This document shows positions 1 to 11,750 of a DNA stretch of 39,495 bases, piece by piece. This DNA comes from Octopus bimaculoides. Lineage: Eukaryota. Positions within the stretch are counted from its first letter, which is position 1. Each line of letters opens with the position of its first letter. The notes below the pieces were generated by a model that did no database searches, was not told the origin of the DNA, and was given only the letters and a program-made list of their open reading frames with translations. The stretch is from contig NC_068992.1 in assembly GCF_001194135.2 (NCBI RefSeq), positions 50,256,870 to 50,296,364 of the forward strand, given 5' to 3'. The position numbers were made by a program, and so were the translations under genes.

Positions 1-123
1 ACACACACACACACACACACACACACACATTTGAATAGTTAGATATTACAGAGATAGATAAGAAGCGCAGAGAAAACGTATGTGTATGTGGATATGTGTG
101 TGTTGCGTGTGTGTAGAGGGAGG

Positions 124-166
<43 letters not shown>

Positions 167-490
167 AGAGACACAGAAACAGTGAGAATGACAAAGGGAG
201 TGACAAAGACAGAGAGAGACAGAGAGAGACAGAGAGAGACAGAGAGAGAGGTAGAAATATAGACGAAATACTTGATACTTAGAGACCTGACATGGGTGTT
301 ATCAGAACTAAGCTATCCTTAGCAGGTGTATTTATTTAAGGTGTCGTTTTGATTCATACCGTTACAGATATATTTCTGCTTTTACTATTTTCTTAGAAAA
401 TATATATTTTTACTGCGGCAACATTACATCCTTTCATTATCGGAATATTACAGTGTTTCCATTGACGTGTGTGCGGTATGTGTGTTTGTT

Positions 491-536
<46 letters not shown>

Positions 537-546
537 AGGTACACAT

Positions 547-654
547 ACACACACAGAGGTAAGCACACACACAGAGGTAAGCACACACACAGAGGTAAGC
601 ACACACACAGAGGTAAGCACACACACAGAGGTAAGCACACAGACAGAGGTAAGC
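547..654 (+). repeat. 18-bp minisatellite (ACACACACAGAGGTAAGC) x6
   Basis: GAGGTAAGC recurs at 18-bp spacing six times (556, 574, 592, 610, 628, 646), embedded in (CA)n. Confidence 0.95.
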
Positions 655-664
655 ACACACACAC

Positions 665-826
665 ATACACACGCATATATATATATAAGTATATATGTAT
701 GGACATGTTTCCGTATATCTATATATTTAAACGTATATATGCATGTACACTAACACACACACACATGCGCACATATATATATATAAGTATATATGTATAG
801 ACATGTTTGCGTATATCTATATATTT
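665..826. repeat. ~98-bp tandem unit running into gap 827-1605
   Basis: AAGTATATATGTAT(G/A)GACATGTTT(C/G)CGTATATCTATATATTT occurs at ~687 and ~785; the second copy ends at the N gap. Confidence 0.8.
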
Positions 827-1605
827 NNNNNNNNNNNNNNNNNNNNNNNNNNNNNNNNNNNNNNNNNNNNNNNNNNNNNNNNNNNNNNNNNNNNNNNNNN
901 NNNNNNNNNNNNNNNNNNNNNNNNNNNNNNNNNNNNNNNNNNNNNNNNNNNNNNNNNNNNNNNNNNNNNNNNNNNNNNNNNNNNNNNNNNNNNNNNNNNN
1001 NNNNNNNNNNNNNNNNNNNNNNNNNNNNNNNNNNNNNNNNNNNNNNNNNNNNNNNNNNNNNNNNNNNNNNNNNNNNNNNNNNNNNNNNNNNNNNNNNNNN
1101 NNNNNNNNNNNNNNNNNNNNNNNNNNNNNNNNNNNNNNNNNNNNNNNNNNNNNNNNNNNNNNNNNNNNNNNNNNNNNNNNNNNNNNNNNNNNNNNNNNNN
1201 NNNNNNNNNNNNNNNNNNNNNNNNNNNNNNNNNNNNNNNNNNNNNNNNNNNNNNNNNNNNNNNNNNNNNNNNNNNNNNNNNNNNNNNNNNNNNNNNNNNN
1301 NNNNNNNNNNNNNNNNNNNNNNNNNNNNNNNNNNNNNNNNNNNNNNNNNNNNNNNNNNNNNNNNNNNNNNNNNNNNNNNNNNNNNNNNNNNNNNNNNNNN
1401 NNNNNNNNNNNNNNNNNNNNNNNNNNNNNNNNNNNNNNNNNNNNNNNNNNNNNNNNNNNNNNNNNNNNNNNNNNNNNNNNNNNNNNNNNNNNNNNNNNNN
1501 NNNNNNNNNNNNNNNNNNNNNNNNNNNNNNNNNNNNNNNNNNNNNNNNNNNNNNNNNNNNNNNNNNNNNNNNNNNNNNNNNNNNNNNNNNNNNNNNNNNN
1601 NNNNN

Positions 1606-1980
1606 CTTGCTTACCAACCACATGGTTCCGGGTTCAGTCCCACTGCGTGGCATCTTGGGCAAGTGTCTTCTACTATAGCCTCGGCCGACCAAAGCCTTGT
1701 GAGTTGATTTGGTAGACGGAAACTGAAAGAAGCCCGTCGTATATATGTATATATATATATATATGTGTGTCTGTGTTTGTCTCCTTAGCATTGCTTGACA
1801 ACCGATGCTGGTGTCCTTATGTACCTGTCACCTAGCGGTTCGGCTAAATAGACCGATAGAATAAGTACTAGGCTTACAAAGAATAAGTCCCGGTGTCGAT
1901 TTGCTCGACTAAAGGCGGTGATGCAGCATAGCCGCAGTCAAATGACTGAAACAAGTAAAAGAGTAAAGAGTAAAAGAGTA
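1606..1980 (+). mobile_element. tRNA-derived SINE, family B, near full length (5' end lost in gap)
   Basis: B-box-like GGTTCAGTCC, internal (TA)n(TG)n tract, 3' body ending GCCGCAGTCAAATGACTGAAACAAGTAAAAGAGT; the same body recurs many times in the window. Confidence 0.9.
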
Positions 1981-2184
1981 ACTTTGAATTTAAATCTTTC
2001 AAATGCATACACACACATGCATATATACATACACATACGCACATATACACATACATACAGGTGTGAATGTGTCTGTAAATCTACATGCGTGTATGTATGT
2101 GCATGCATACATACATGCAATCCTCAGTTACACCGACGTAATATGAGATAGACGTAATATCAGATGTAAATGAAATGAGCTTAA

Positions 2185-3160
2185 ATACTGCAACAGACCC
2201 TGATAGATTCCCTACAATCCCCCTAAAAACATGTAAACAAGCTCTAGGTACGCCACTCCAGATATTCTTTCAATGTTTCCTGGAAAGTGAGACATCACTG
2301 AAAAATTTGAAGGAAGGTGTGATATATCCTATAGGTGGAAGCAGAGTAGATGTTGCAAAATTACAGGCCTGTTTCTCTGACTTCACATATCAGCGAATTC
2401 ATGGAAGGAATTATCAGTAGACAACTGATGACTTTCTCAAAAGAATCAAGTTGTGGCATGGTTTTCGTCCAGGAAGAAGCTGCCTTATACAATTACTGCA
2501 GTGATATAACTGGGTGCTAAGGCGGTGAGCTGGCAGACTCGTTAGCACACCGGACAATATGCTTAGTAGCATTTCGTCTGTCTCTACGCTCTGAGCTCAA
2601 GTTCCACTGAGGTTCACTTTGCCTTTCATCCTTTTTTGGCCGATAAAATACCGTGTCTGTTGAGCGCTGGGATCGATTTAATCGACTTAGCTCCTTCCCC
2701 CAAAGTGCTGGCTTTGTTCCAGTTTTGAAACCAATATGATTGGATGATGAAACAGCTGTTCAATCAATAGTGCATGTTACGCTTCTTATCTTTGTGAAGG
2801 TCTTTGATAGACTCCACCACCGAATGGTGTGTCACAAACGGCTTGACAGAGTATAGTCGGAAGATCAAGAGAGTGGTTGCATGACGCTTTAAGAAACAGA
2901 AATAAGACAGTCACAACCAGTCGTCTCTCTCAAAGGAAATGCCAATTTTGAGTGGTGTCCCACAGGGAACTGTTTTAGGGGTCATTGCTGTTTATGATGG
3001 TTTTATCATATATGCGTGCAGTTCTACAGAAGCCAACAGTTATATTGATAATGCAAAAGTATCTTAGGCAGTAATGAACCCCTGTTTGCTGTAAAACTAT
3101 AGTAGGACCTTAATGCAACCTATAAGTCGGTTGGAGAAAATAACATGCAGTTAAACGCTA
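2185..3160 (+). mobile_element. Decayed CR1-group (CR1/L2/Jockey-like) LINE reverse transcriptase fragment, split by a SINE
   Basis: With frameshifts reads DPDRFPTIPLKTCKQALGTPL, NYRPVSLTSHI, HGFRPGRSCLIQLL, KVFDRLHH, SGVPQGTVLG (~2958-2988) and ENNMQLNA, in canonical RT motif order; contains stops. Confidence 0.88.
2521..2737 (+). mobile_element. SINE family A (GGCGGTGAGCTGGCAGA head) nested in the LINE RT
   Basis: Matches the other family A copies listed below from head to GAAACCAAT tail. Confidence 0.9.
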
Positions 3161-3174
3161 TGGTTCTCTCTCCA

Positions 3175-3300
3175 TTTTTTTCTTCTGAATCCTTTCTTCC
3201 GAAGGGCGTCGACTCGAAACGTCAAAGACATTTCCATTCTTCCCGAGCGTCAAACTAATACACCTGCTTGTTGTTCCTTCACCTGTTTTGTCTTTTGTTT
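3175..3300 (+). mobile_element. Penelope-like terminal remnant with degenerate hammerhead core
   Basis: CCGAAGG-GCGTCGACTC-GAAAC-GTC-AAAG at 3199-3227 resembles CUGAAGA...GAAAC-GUH. Confidence 0.5.
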
Positions 3301-3324
3301 TTGAACTATATATATCTACATGTT

Positions 3325-3356
<32 letters not shown>

Positions 3357-3374
3357 GTCTCTCTGTCTGTCTGT

Positions 3375-3424
<50 letters not shown>

Positions 3425-3499
3425 TTTGTAAATGCAGTGTACATTTAAACACACAAGAGGTATCCGTCATAGGATTCCTTGCACGCTAGAAGGAACAGC

Positions 3500-4940
3500 T
3501 AAAATCCAAACCACTATTACGGATAAACTTTGAAGGGATTGAAAAATGAAAACATTTACCATCTATCTCCTGGACCATGGTTTCAGACTTTTTTTCACCT
3601 AGAGTGTAACCATTTGATTTTTGTAGCAGAAATGATAATGAATTTAATGCCAGAATTACAGAAAGACTATCTCCTTGGAATATTCCCTTTGAAATATCTA
3701 CAACATTGGGAAGATGATCCAGCCACCTTCAGTTCTAAGTGTAAGAATTGCTGCCCAGATCTTTGTGTGCACCTCAATGGCAGTATTTAAGATAGCAGGC
3801 ATTTTTGCCCAAATGGGGACACTTCAGCAGCCATGTGTGGGGAGGATAGAGCCAAATGCCTTTCTATAATCAAGTCATACTGTTGCAAAATTCCTACGAT
3901 GTTTTCACTTCAAACAGTACAACTTCGTTTATCAAAAGTTGTTCGGCACATCCCCACACTCCTTTCTTTCCACCTGCCTGCTCATCAGACACTATGTAGT
4001 ATGACTTACAATGACCCTGGGGGAATTGATTGAGGAAGCTTATGTACAGTTTGTACGTAATGTCTAGGCAAGCAATGGGTCTATAGTTGTCTGCCAGCTC
4101 GGTCGTTTCATTCTTGACCAAAAGATTCGTTAGTACTATAGCAAGCCAAATTAGCACATCAATCTGGTCGTCCATAATTATTTCATTATGCATATTAAGA
4201 ATTTTGTATCAAATATCAGCCTCTCGCACCGATATCCAACTATTAAGTCTCATCCATGTGCCTTCCCATTACGCAGTTAGCCAACAATTATAGCGAAAGT
4301 TTCCGAGTCAGTTTTGTATGCTTTACTGGCGATATTGGTACAGAATTCTTTCCTAACAGTATTTACCCACGGTACATTAAGGTTAAATCACTTTTTTCAT
4401 TTCAGTTCTTAGACCAGAATGATTCAAGATCTTCTTAAAATGGGACTGTCTCAAAAGTAATGTTTTCCCTCCTAATCTCTCTGTATAATGCTTGTGGGCT
4501 ATAAGCCAACTTGTGATTTATACTGGATCGCTCAAAAATTCTCCTGCGCTAGCAGAGTTTTTCGCTCTTTGCTCCGAGTTTGTGTTTTAGAGTAACTAGC
4601 GTTCCATCAAAAGCTTGGTGTGAAGATTCACTGTAGAGTGTTGTTAATTTTTGCTCAGGGTGTAATTAGTGGGGCGTGTACTCATTATTCCTTTTACATT
4701 TTATTGTCGTGGCTAATCATCCAATATGGCGGCGCATGTTGTGGATGTTTTCTTCGGGTTTTGTTCTCCATCTTGGTTGCTTCAGCTTAGTAATTCTATT
4801 ACCATGTGTACTGCAGAATTCTCCTAGGTGTTCTTTAAGCGTGATAACATCTGTGCATATGATGATATTAGTATTACAGTAGGTAACATCGCATGACTCC
4901 ATATACATTTCAGCAACATCGTCGATAACTTTCAACATTA
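3500..4940 (-). mobile_element. Decayed R4/Dong-like non-LTR retrotransposon (N-terminal region plus RT)
   Basis: Minus strand reads KQPRWR..EENI...RRHIG, NYRPIACLDITYKL, EQAGGKKGVWGCAEQLLIN, DYRKAF (3851-3871) and GIFQGDSLS (~3661-3687). The EQxG.K.G..GC.EQLLI and GIFQGDSLS motifs are typical of R4/Dong-clade RTs; many stops. Confidence 0.8.
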
Positions 4941-4957
4941 GTGTAGTTGCTTCTTTT

Positions 4958-4958
4958 G

Positions 4959-4990
<32 letters not shown>

Positions 4991-5310
4991 TGTATGTATG
5001 CGTGTATGTATGTATGTATGTATGTATGTATGTATGTATGTATATGTGTTTGAGTGTGTATGTATGTGTATGTATATATGCATGCATGCATGTGTGTATG
5101 TATATATGTATGCATGTATGTGTGTATGTATGTGTGTTTGTGTGTTTGTGTGTGTGTGTGTGTGTATGTGTATGTATGTATGCATGTATGCATGTTTGTA
5201 TGTATGTATGTATGCATGTATGCATGTATGTATGTATGTATGTATGTATGTATGTATGTATGTATGTATGTATGTATGTATGTGTGTGTGCATGTATGTA
5301 TGTATGGGTG
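4958..5310. repeat. Compound (TATG)n/(TG)n microsatellite
   Basis: Direct reading; source of the spurious HTYI/MYVC ORFs. Confidence 0.97.
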
Positions 5311-5559
5311 TATGTGGGTACGTAGTTGTAGTAGTGAACGACTGTTTGTCGAATCAATATTTGGTGAATGAGGTGATGTATCGGCATTGCATTGGTTAGA
5401 CTGATTCTGAAATGTGAAATATCATTGGGATTGGCAAGTCCGCTAAGGAAAATACCAGGTCAAGACTCGTGAAACTAAGAAGCCGTTATTTCGAGATACT
5501 TACTGAATTGCTTCGCGTGGATTTAAACCAGTCGGTTGTGGATTTGGAGGACTTTTGAA

Positions 5560-5900
5560 GTTGCCCAGAATGTATGGAAATTGACTCATCGGAAAAATTC
5601 CTGGTGACGACAAATCGATAATATCTCTCTGTGATAATCATTGATTGCTTTTATATCTGAAGCTTCTCAGCAAGGCACAGCCTACAGTTCGGGATCCATT
5701 GACACATGGAGTGGCTTTGTAAACGATGTTATACATTGTTGCTGTATGCTCTGACTCGGGGTTCATGAGATTCCTGACTAAGAGTGATCTTTTCCCTGTT
5801 TCTTGACCTGATTGAATGCAAGTGCTGGTAACATCGGCTTTTTAAAACCTGTTCGTGGTGGTACCGTTTAATTTCTTTCAGTACTGAAGACAATTACAGG
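5560..5900 (-). mobile_element. Penelope-like element, GIY-YIG endonuclease C-terminus (decayed)
   Basis: Minus strand with frameshifts: IKRYHHE, IVYKATPCVNGS, NCRLCLAEKLQI (~5655-5689) and EILSICRHQ (~5602-5625), matching the Penelope C-terminal pattern CxLCLxEK...I...CRH. Confidence 0.8.
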
Positions 5901-6915
5901 TTACAACCCTGTTATTCCTTTCGGTATTACATAGAAACGTTACATCAAAGGGTTGCTACTGAAAATGGTATGGCCATAACATCGTTTTTTCTATATTGAT
6001 ATAAAAAGCAACACATGTCAGCCACTTTAAACAGCGTTAAGAATAATTCTAAAACATAAAAATCATTGGCATGCCGAAAGCTTTAAAGACATCACTAGTG
6101 TTCTTTATAGCCATTCTTAACAACGTATGTTTGTCAAACGTTCTCCTGTCCCTGCCACAATTTATTCCCCAGCAGCTTTCTATTCTTTCCAGCCTGCCTC
6201 ATATCTGCCTCCTGATGGCTGTGTCGTTAAGAAGTTCTCTTTGTAACAAGATGTCGAACCACTTACGACATCACTACGTAGACCACTGATTAAGTGTCTT
6301 TTACTATAGTTAATCACGGGTCAAAAAAAAAAATAACCTATTGTGAGAAGAGCTGTGGAACCGTTTGGAAAACTGACAGAAGAAGGACGGTTTAAATTCT
6401 TTAGATTCTTTGGCAGCAGACTTAACTCGTTGCTCAGTTTAATGTCATCGACTGACCCTTGGGTACTTTTGGCAGAATAGCGTCCACTCTACATGGAAAC
6501 AGTTAGCTCATGCATCCCGTTTGAGGATAAATTCATTTCTTCCTCCTACCACAATCCCGTAGATTCTGAAAATTTCTATTCTGTCTGAAGCCATTAAAAA
6601 ACATAAAAAACGATGCGGAGTTATTTGTCAATGGAGAAAAAAAGACCCCTTCCCCTCACCGAAAAAAGAACATTACCTTCTTAATAAGTCTGCCAATAAC
6701 GAATTAACAGACTTTCTTAATTTAACAGGGTATTTCTTTACGTGTAGTTGTTGTTGTTGCTGCTGCTATTGTCATTGTTATTGTTGCAGTTGATGTCTGA
6801 GCTGTATCTATAGGTGTCCAACATAACGCTAATTAAAAGTACAATCCAGTAACGTGTGGAAGATATATTACTGCCAGGCAAAGACACAGCAATAAATTTT
6901 CCGACTGCGGGTTTG

Positions 6916-6968
<53 letters not shown>

Positions 6969-7283
6969 GTGTGTGCGAGCGCTTGCGCGTGTGTGCATAC
7001 ATGCGTGTGTAAAAGTAAAATCTTGATTGCATGTTGGTGAATGTTGGATCACTTTCGGCGCATGGACGGGAACATGTAGACACGAATGTAAATAGACTAG
7101 CAGGGTTGCGCGTGCGCACGTATGCCATTACATGAATATGTATGAATACACACACACACACATACACACGCACATATATGCATACACACATACATATATG
7201 CATACACACATATACTCACACGTATTTATATATATGTATATATGCCCATACGTATATATAACCACACATACAGACTCACACGC

Positions 7284-7348
<65 letters not shown>

Positions 7349-7528
7349 ACATACATTTGCAAAATTCACATTCATGCTCACAAACATGCAGTCAACCTGA
7401 ACTGAAGGCATGTGTATATGTATAAACTTGCTCCCGTTCGTTCTTACGTGCGGATGCGTGCACCTCAGTGTGTGTTTATGTGTACGTATGTATGCGTGTA
7501 TGAGTGTGTGTGTATATGAATGTGTACA

Positions 7529-7559
<31 letters not shown>

Positions 7560-7669
7560 GTGAGAAGCTTGATGCATATATGTTAGCAAGGAACGGAAAA
7601 AATGAAACTTAATCGTGAAACGAGTTTAGCGGAACATGCCACCAAACATGACAACTGCGATAATGCTTA

Positions 7670-7729
<60 letters not shown>

Positions 7730-7769
7730 CGTGTGCGTTCGCTCCCTCGCTCCTAGTGTATTTTTGTAG

Positions 7770-7801
7770 GTTCTCAACATTCTTATTGACAGACATTTGA
7801 A
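7770..7801 (+). CDS. Candidate 32-nt micro-exon of an unidentified gene (VLNILIDRHL, phase 0 to 2)
   Basis: Acceptor TATTTTTGTAG and donor AA|GTAAGT; only one frame open; lies in non-repeat sequence. Confidence 0.35.
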
Positions 7802-8228
7802 GTAAGTGTGAGGTAAACTAGAAAATTGTTTACCTTCTACTGATTGTACTGAGAAAGTTCTGTCTGGCAGTTTGGTAAAAAAACTTTTACAAGATAAGCG
7901 TAGAAAAGTCACCAACTCTGTTCATAGCTGATTCTTTTCAGCTATACATTCATACACACACACACACACATGCATATACGGCCGCCTGCCCGCACACAGT
8001 CTCTATACTACGTGAATGTGTGTGTCTATACATACATACATACATACATACATACATACATACATGTATACATGCATACATGCATACATGNNNNNNNNNN
8101 NNNNNNNNNNNNNNNNNNNNNNNNNNNNNNNNNNNNNNNNNNNNNNNNNNNCATACATACATACATACGTACATGCAGATATACATATATACGTGCTTAC
8201 ATACAAGCGCGCACGCATACATACATAC

Positions 8229-8299
<71 letters not shown>

Positions 8300-8554
8300 C
8301 CTGTCTATTTACGTATACACACACACTCACACATATATATGCATGCGTATAATGCATATTTGTATACGCATATGTATGCGCGCACGTGTGTTACGTTCAA
8401 CGCATGAATGCGTTCATGTTTTATCTTTTTTATTTTAGGGATTTCATATTTTCGTAACAGTTTTTTTTTACAGTTTTCTTTTAGGAATTTTGTTGGAACA
8501 CCGAAGTTCCTAAATTTCGAATCAACATTCCCAGAACGACAACATATATGTCTC

Positions 8555-9099
8555 GGATCTTTTTTAAAACGGGGGCCACATTTTTCATTAACGAAACACT
8601 TTGAAACTTGGAACACTGGTAGAACGTGTCATATAAAACATCTTTTTCTCTTAGTCTTCTTAAAAAAAAAAAGAAATCCATAAGTTATTCCATGTGAAAG
8701 TTGTCGCATTTCTGTAATTTCTCTGAAACAATTAACCCTAACCCTAACCCTATGGTTAGGGTTAGGGTTAGGGTTAGGGTTAGGGTTAGGGTGAAAGCAA
8801 ATTTAAAATGAAAAAAGCAAATAAAACGAAGGTATGGAGATTAAATACGCTTTACATCGCTTAATCAGCCAAAGGAGTAAATATAAANNNNNNNNNNNNN
8901 NNAACTGAATACTTGTCAGTGATTGGTTGAAATTATCGAAATAAGACAATTTTTTACATGAAATAAATTCGAATACAAAAATATTTTTCTGTTCTATAAC
9001 ACAAAATAGATAAGTATACGAAGTTTGAAAGTCTTTCCGTACCAAAAACACTACGTAAAGCATTAATGAAAAATGTGGCCCCTGTTTTAAAATAGATCC
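8555..9099. mobile_element. Non-autonomous DNA transposon with 39-bp TIRs and 8-bp TSD (Merlin-like)
   Basis: Left TIR 8555-8593 GGATCTTTTTTAAAACGGGGGCCACATTTTTCATTAACG and right TIR 9061-9099 match at 36/39; TATGTCTC is duplicated at 8547-8554 and 9100-9107. GG termini plus 8-bp TSD fit Merlin; hAT or P not excluded. Confidence 0.85.
8733..8791. repeat. Interstitial telomeric repeats (TAACCC)3 followed by (TTAGGG)6
   Basis: Direct reading; inside the TIR element. Confidence 0.95.
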
Positions 9100-11467
9100 T
9101 ATGTCTCTCTCTCTCTCTCTCACTCACTCACTCACACACACGCGCATATATATATATAATATTTATATTTATATAAGTACACACATCCGCGTGCGCACAC
9201 ACGCACGCGCATACACATACACACTCTCACACACACGCTTGCAGGACATTGACTCACAGATGTTTGGACTGAATACGTATAGTTTGTATCAATTTCCTCT
9301 CAGCTTTTTCAAAAATATCACATTAAAATAATAACACTGACTAAGATAGACATTCTTGGTTATATCTATGGATCTAACAGTTTAACATTCTTGCTTATGT
9401 TATGGGCGATAATTTCAGAAATGGATCACGTCTAATTAATTAGTTAATTAATTTGTATTTTACTACAAAAATAATAACAATATACATAGCGTTTCACAAA
9501 TTCTTACTCAGCCTGCAGGCTATTTGTAACACCAGTCATTTTATTTCTCTATCAGTAGATGCTAAATTTGTCCTAGCGATTGCTTGTCGATACCTGCTAC
9601 TGATAACGCGCAAAGAAGCAGAAACCTAGATTTAGCAATCCCTCGCTGCCGCTAGATAGATATTGAAACTACAGGGCAATATGCACTCTGAAAGACCGAT
9701 AAATAGTACAACACAGCTGATTTCATGATTTCGTTTACTAAGCTACACTACTTTATGGTGTGCATCTTAACATTTACTGTACGTATTTTAATATGATTCT
9801 GAAAGGCAAACCTGTCCAGGAATTCCATTTGTTTACCAGAACTCACCTGGATTTCCCAAACTCACTTATGCGGGCTTGAATAGCAGCGGATCATCCATGC
9901 CGTAATTAGATATAAATTCCATGACATTAACCAAAATGAGAGTGTAATTTCCTTACAATTTTGGATAGTTAGCTACACAGACCGCAAATTCATTTCTTCC
10001 TCCTTCCACAATCCCGTAGATTCTGAAAACTTCTATTCTGTCTGAAGCCATTAAAAAATGTGTAATCTGTATAGATAACTTTAGACAAGAAGGAACCTGA
10101 TTACTAGTAATTTGATATAAGTTTCGCACCACAGTAACATTTCAGTAACCAAAATACAAAATTATATAAGGGAATTTTGACAGGTAAAATTATAAACAAC
10201 ATTTAGAACTCACTGAAACGGAAAATTAGAACGGTATCTAGAAATTTTAGAACAGATGTAGCACGAGAGAACATTAGATGAGGAAATGATTTGATTAACC
10301 GATTAGAAGAGACGTACAGAAAAGTCAATGCCTATGACCTACTGGCAAAAAGAATGGTCCAGACGTGAAATTTGAAGTAAGCGTTGTTCGTGATATGATT
10401 CCAATCGAAGACTGAACTGCTGTATTATTGCATTCCAGTATGGAGTAGACAGTAGCAAGCGTCTTCTCACCGATTCCAACCAAGATGTGTGCGTTTTGCC
10501 TGCTACAATCTGTTGCTCTCTTCGTAAAAAATTACCAATAAAAGACGGTGAATACGAATGTTTATACTGAAGCTTGTTGCCGGTAGAGTCTAGTTGGAGA
10601 TGTAAGAATTTGTACGATTTCCATCATATTCAACCACGATTAACTCTACTGCATGCGATCATCGGAGAGACTGTTAGTATTAAACCTTCTTTCTGTGGGA
10701 CTTTCATCAATTTAGATCTGTCTGAATTATCCTCAACATAGCCGCCTCTAGTCCAATCTTCAGAGACACTAGTTCAGTGTCAGCCATGATACTATGACAG
10801 TGAAATTAAAGTGGTCAACATTATTCTGGAGAAGTAGTAACGGGAACATGCATGAAAGAAACCGTTCTGTGGCTGGTGTTGGAAATTGACATCAAGAGAA
10901 GAAAACTGACTCGTTACAGTTGATTCAAAAGCTAGATCGATGTCTCAATTAAAATACTTGAGGTCTGATTCGGGGAAATTTCTTGGAGGTTAAAAACCGA
11001 GGAGCAGTCCTGAGCACGGGGACCAATCATATTCAGAAATGATCTGTGAGCGTCAGTTAAAGTGTCCTTGAANNNNNNNNNNTCTGTCTGTCTGTCTGTC
11101 TATACGTAAATGTCGAATGACGGGAATGAGTGCTCAACACTGCATTGGTGGATAGAATCTCTTTATTTGTGTATTAAGGCTACCATTGGTTTCATGTTAA
11201 CAAAAAATATACCTTAATATCTTAACAGATTTTCAAGCCGATCACATGGAGGAATGATGCTCATCTCCATGTTGGGTGAAAATACGAACATTGAGACGAA
11301 CAGCATTCCTCCATATCATCGGCTTGAAAAATTGTTAAGATATTAAGATATTTTTCTTAACNNNNNNNNNNNNNNNNNNNNNNNNNNNNNNNNNNNNNNN
11401 NNNNNNNNNNNNNNNNNNNNNNNNNNNNNNNNNNNNNNNNNNNNNNNNNNNNNNNNNNNNNNNNNNN

Positions 11468-11518
<51 letters not shown>

Positions 11519-11524
11519 ATATAT

Positions 11525-11750
11525 TCTTTTATTCTTATATTTGTTATAGTCATTTGACTGTGGCCATGTTGAAGCACCGTCTTGAAGGGTTTTAGTCGAA
11601 CAAATCGACCCTAGGACATTTTTTTAAAGCTTAGTACTAATTCTATCGGTATCTTTTGAAAAATCGTTAAGTTACGGGACGTAAACACACCAACACCGGT
11701 TGTCAAGCGGGGATGGGGGACAAACACAAAGACACACAAACACACACACA
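11525..11750 (-). mobile_element. SINE family B, 3' part
   Basis: CATTTGACTGTGGCCATG...GTAAACACACCAACACCGGTTGTCAAGCG is the reverse complement of the family B body. Confidence 0.88.

Noticed and set aside
80-1791. Long ORFs (ERERER, HTHT, poly-X)
   Set aside because: Produced by (GA)n and (CA)n repeats and by N runs that lack stop codons.
4717-5399. HTYI/MYVC-rich ORFs of 105-166 aa
   Set aside because: Translations of the (TACA)n tract; only the non-repeat end of 4717-5217 is informative, as part of the decayed R4/Dong-like element.
8733-8791. Chromosome-fusion scar or true telomere
   Set aside because: Only nine repeats, located inside a TIR/TSD-bounded element.
10300-11070. Complex non-repetitive stretch, possible transposase or exon
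   Set aside because: Stops in the frames I read and no motif I could recognise; needs BLASTX.
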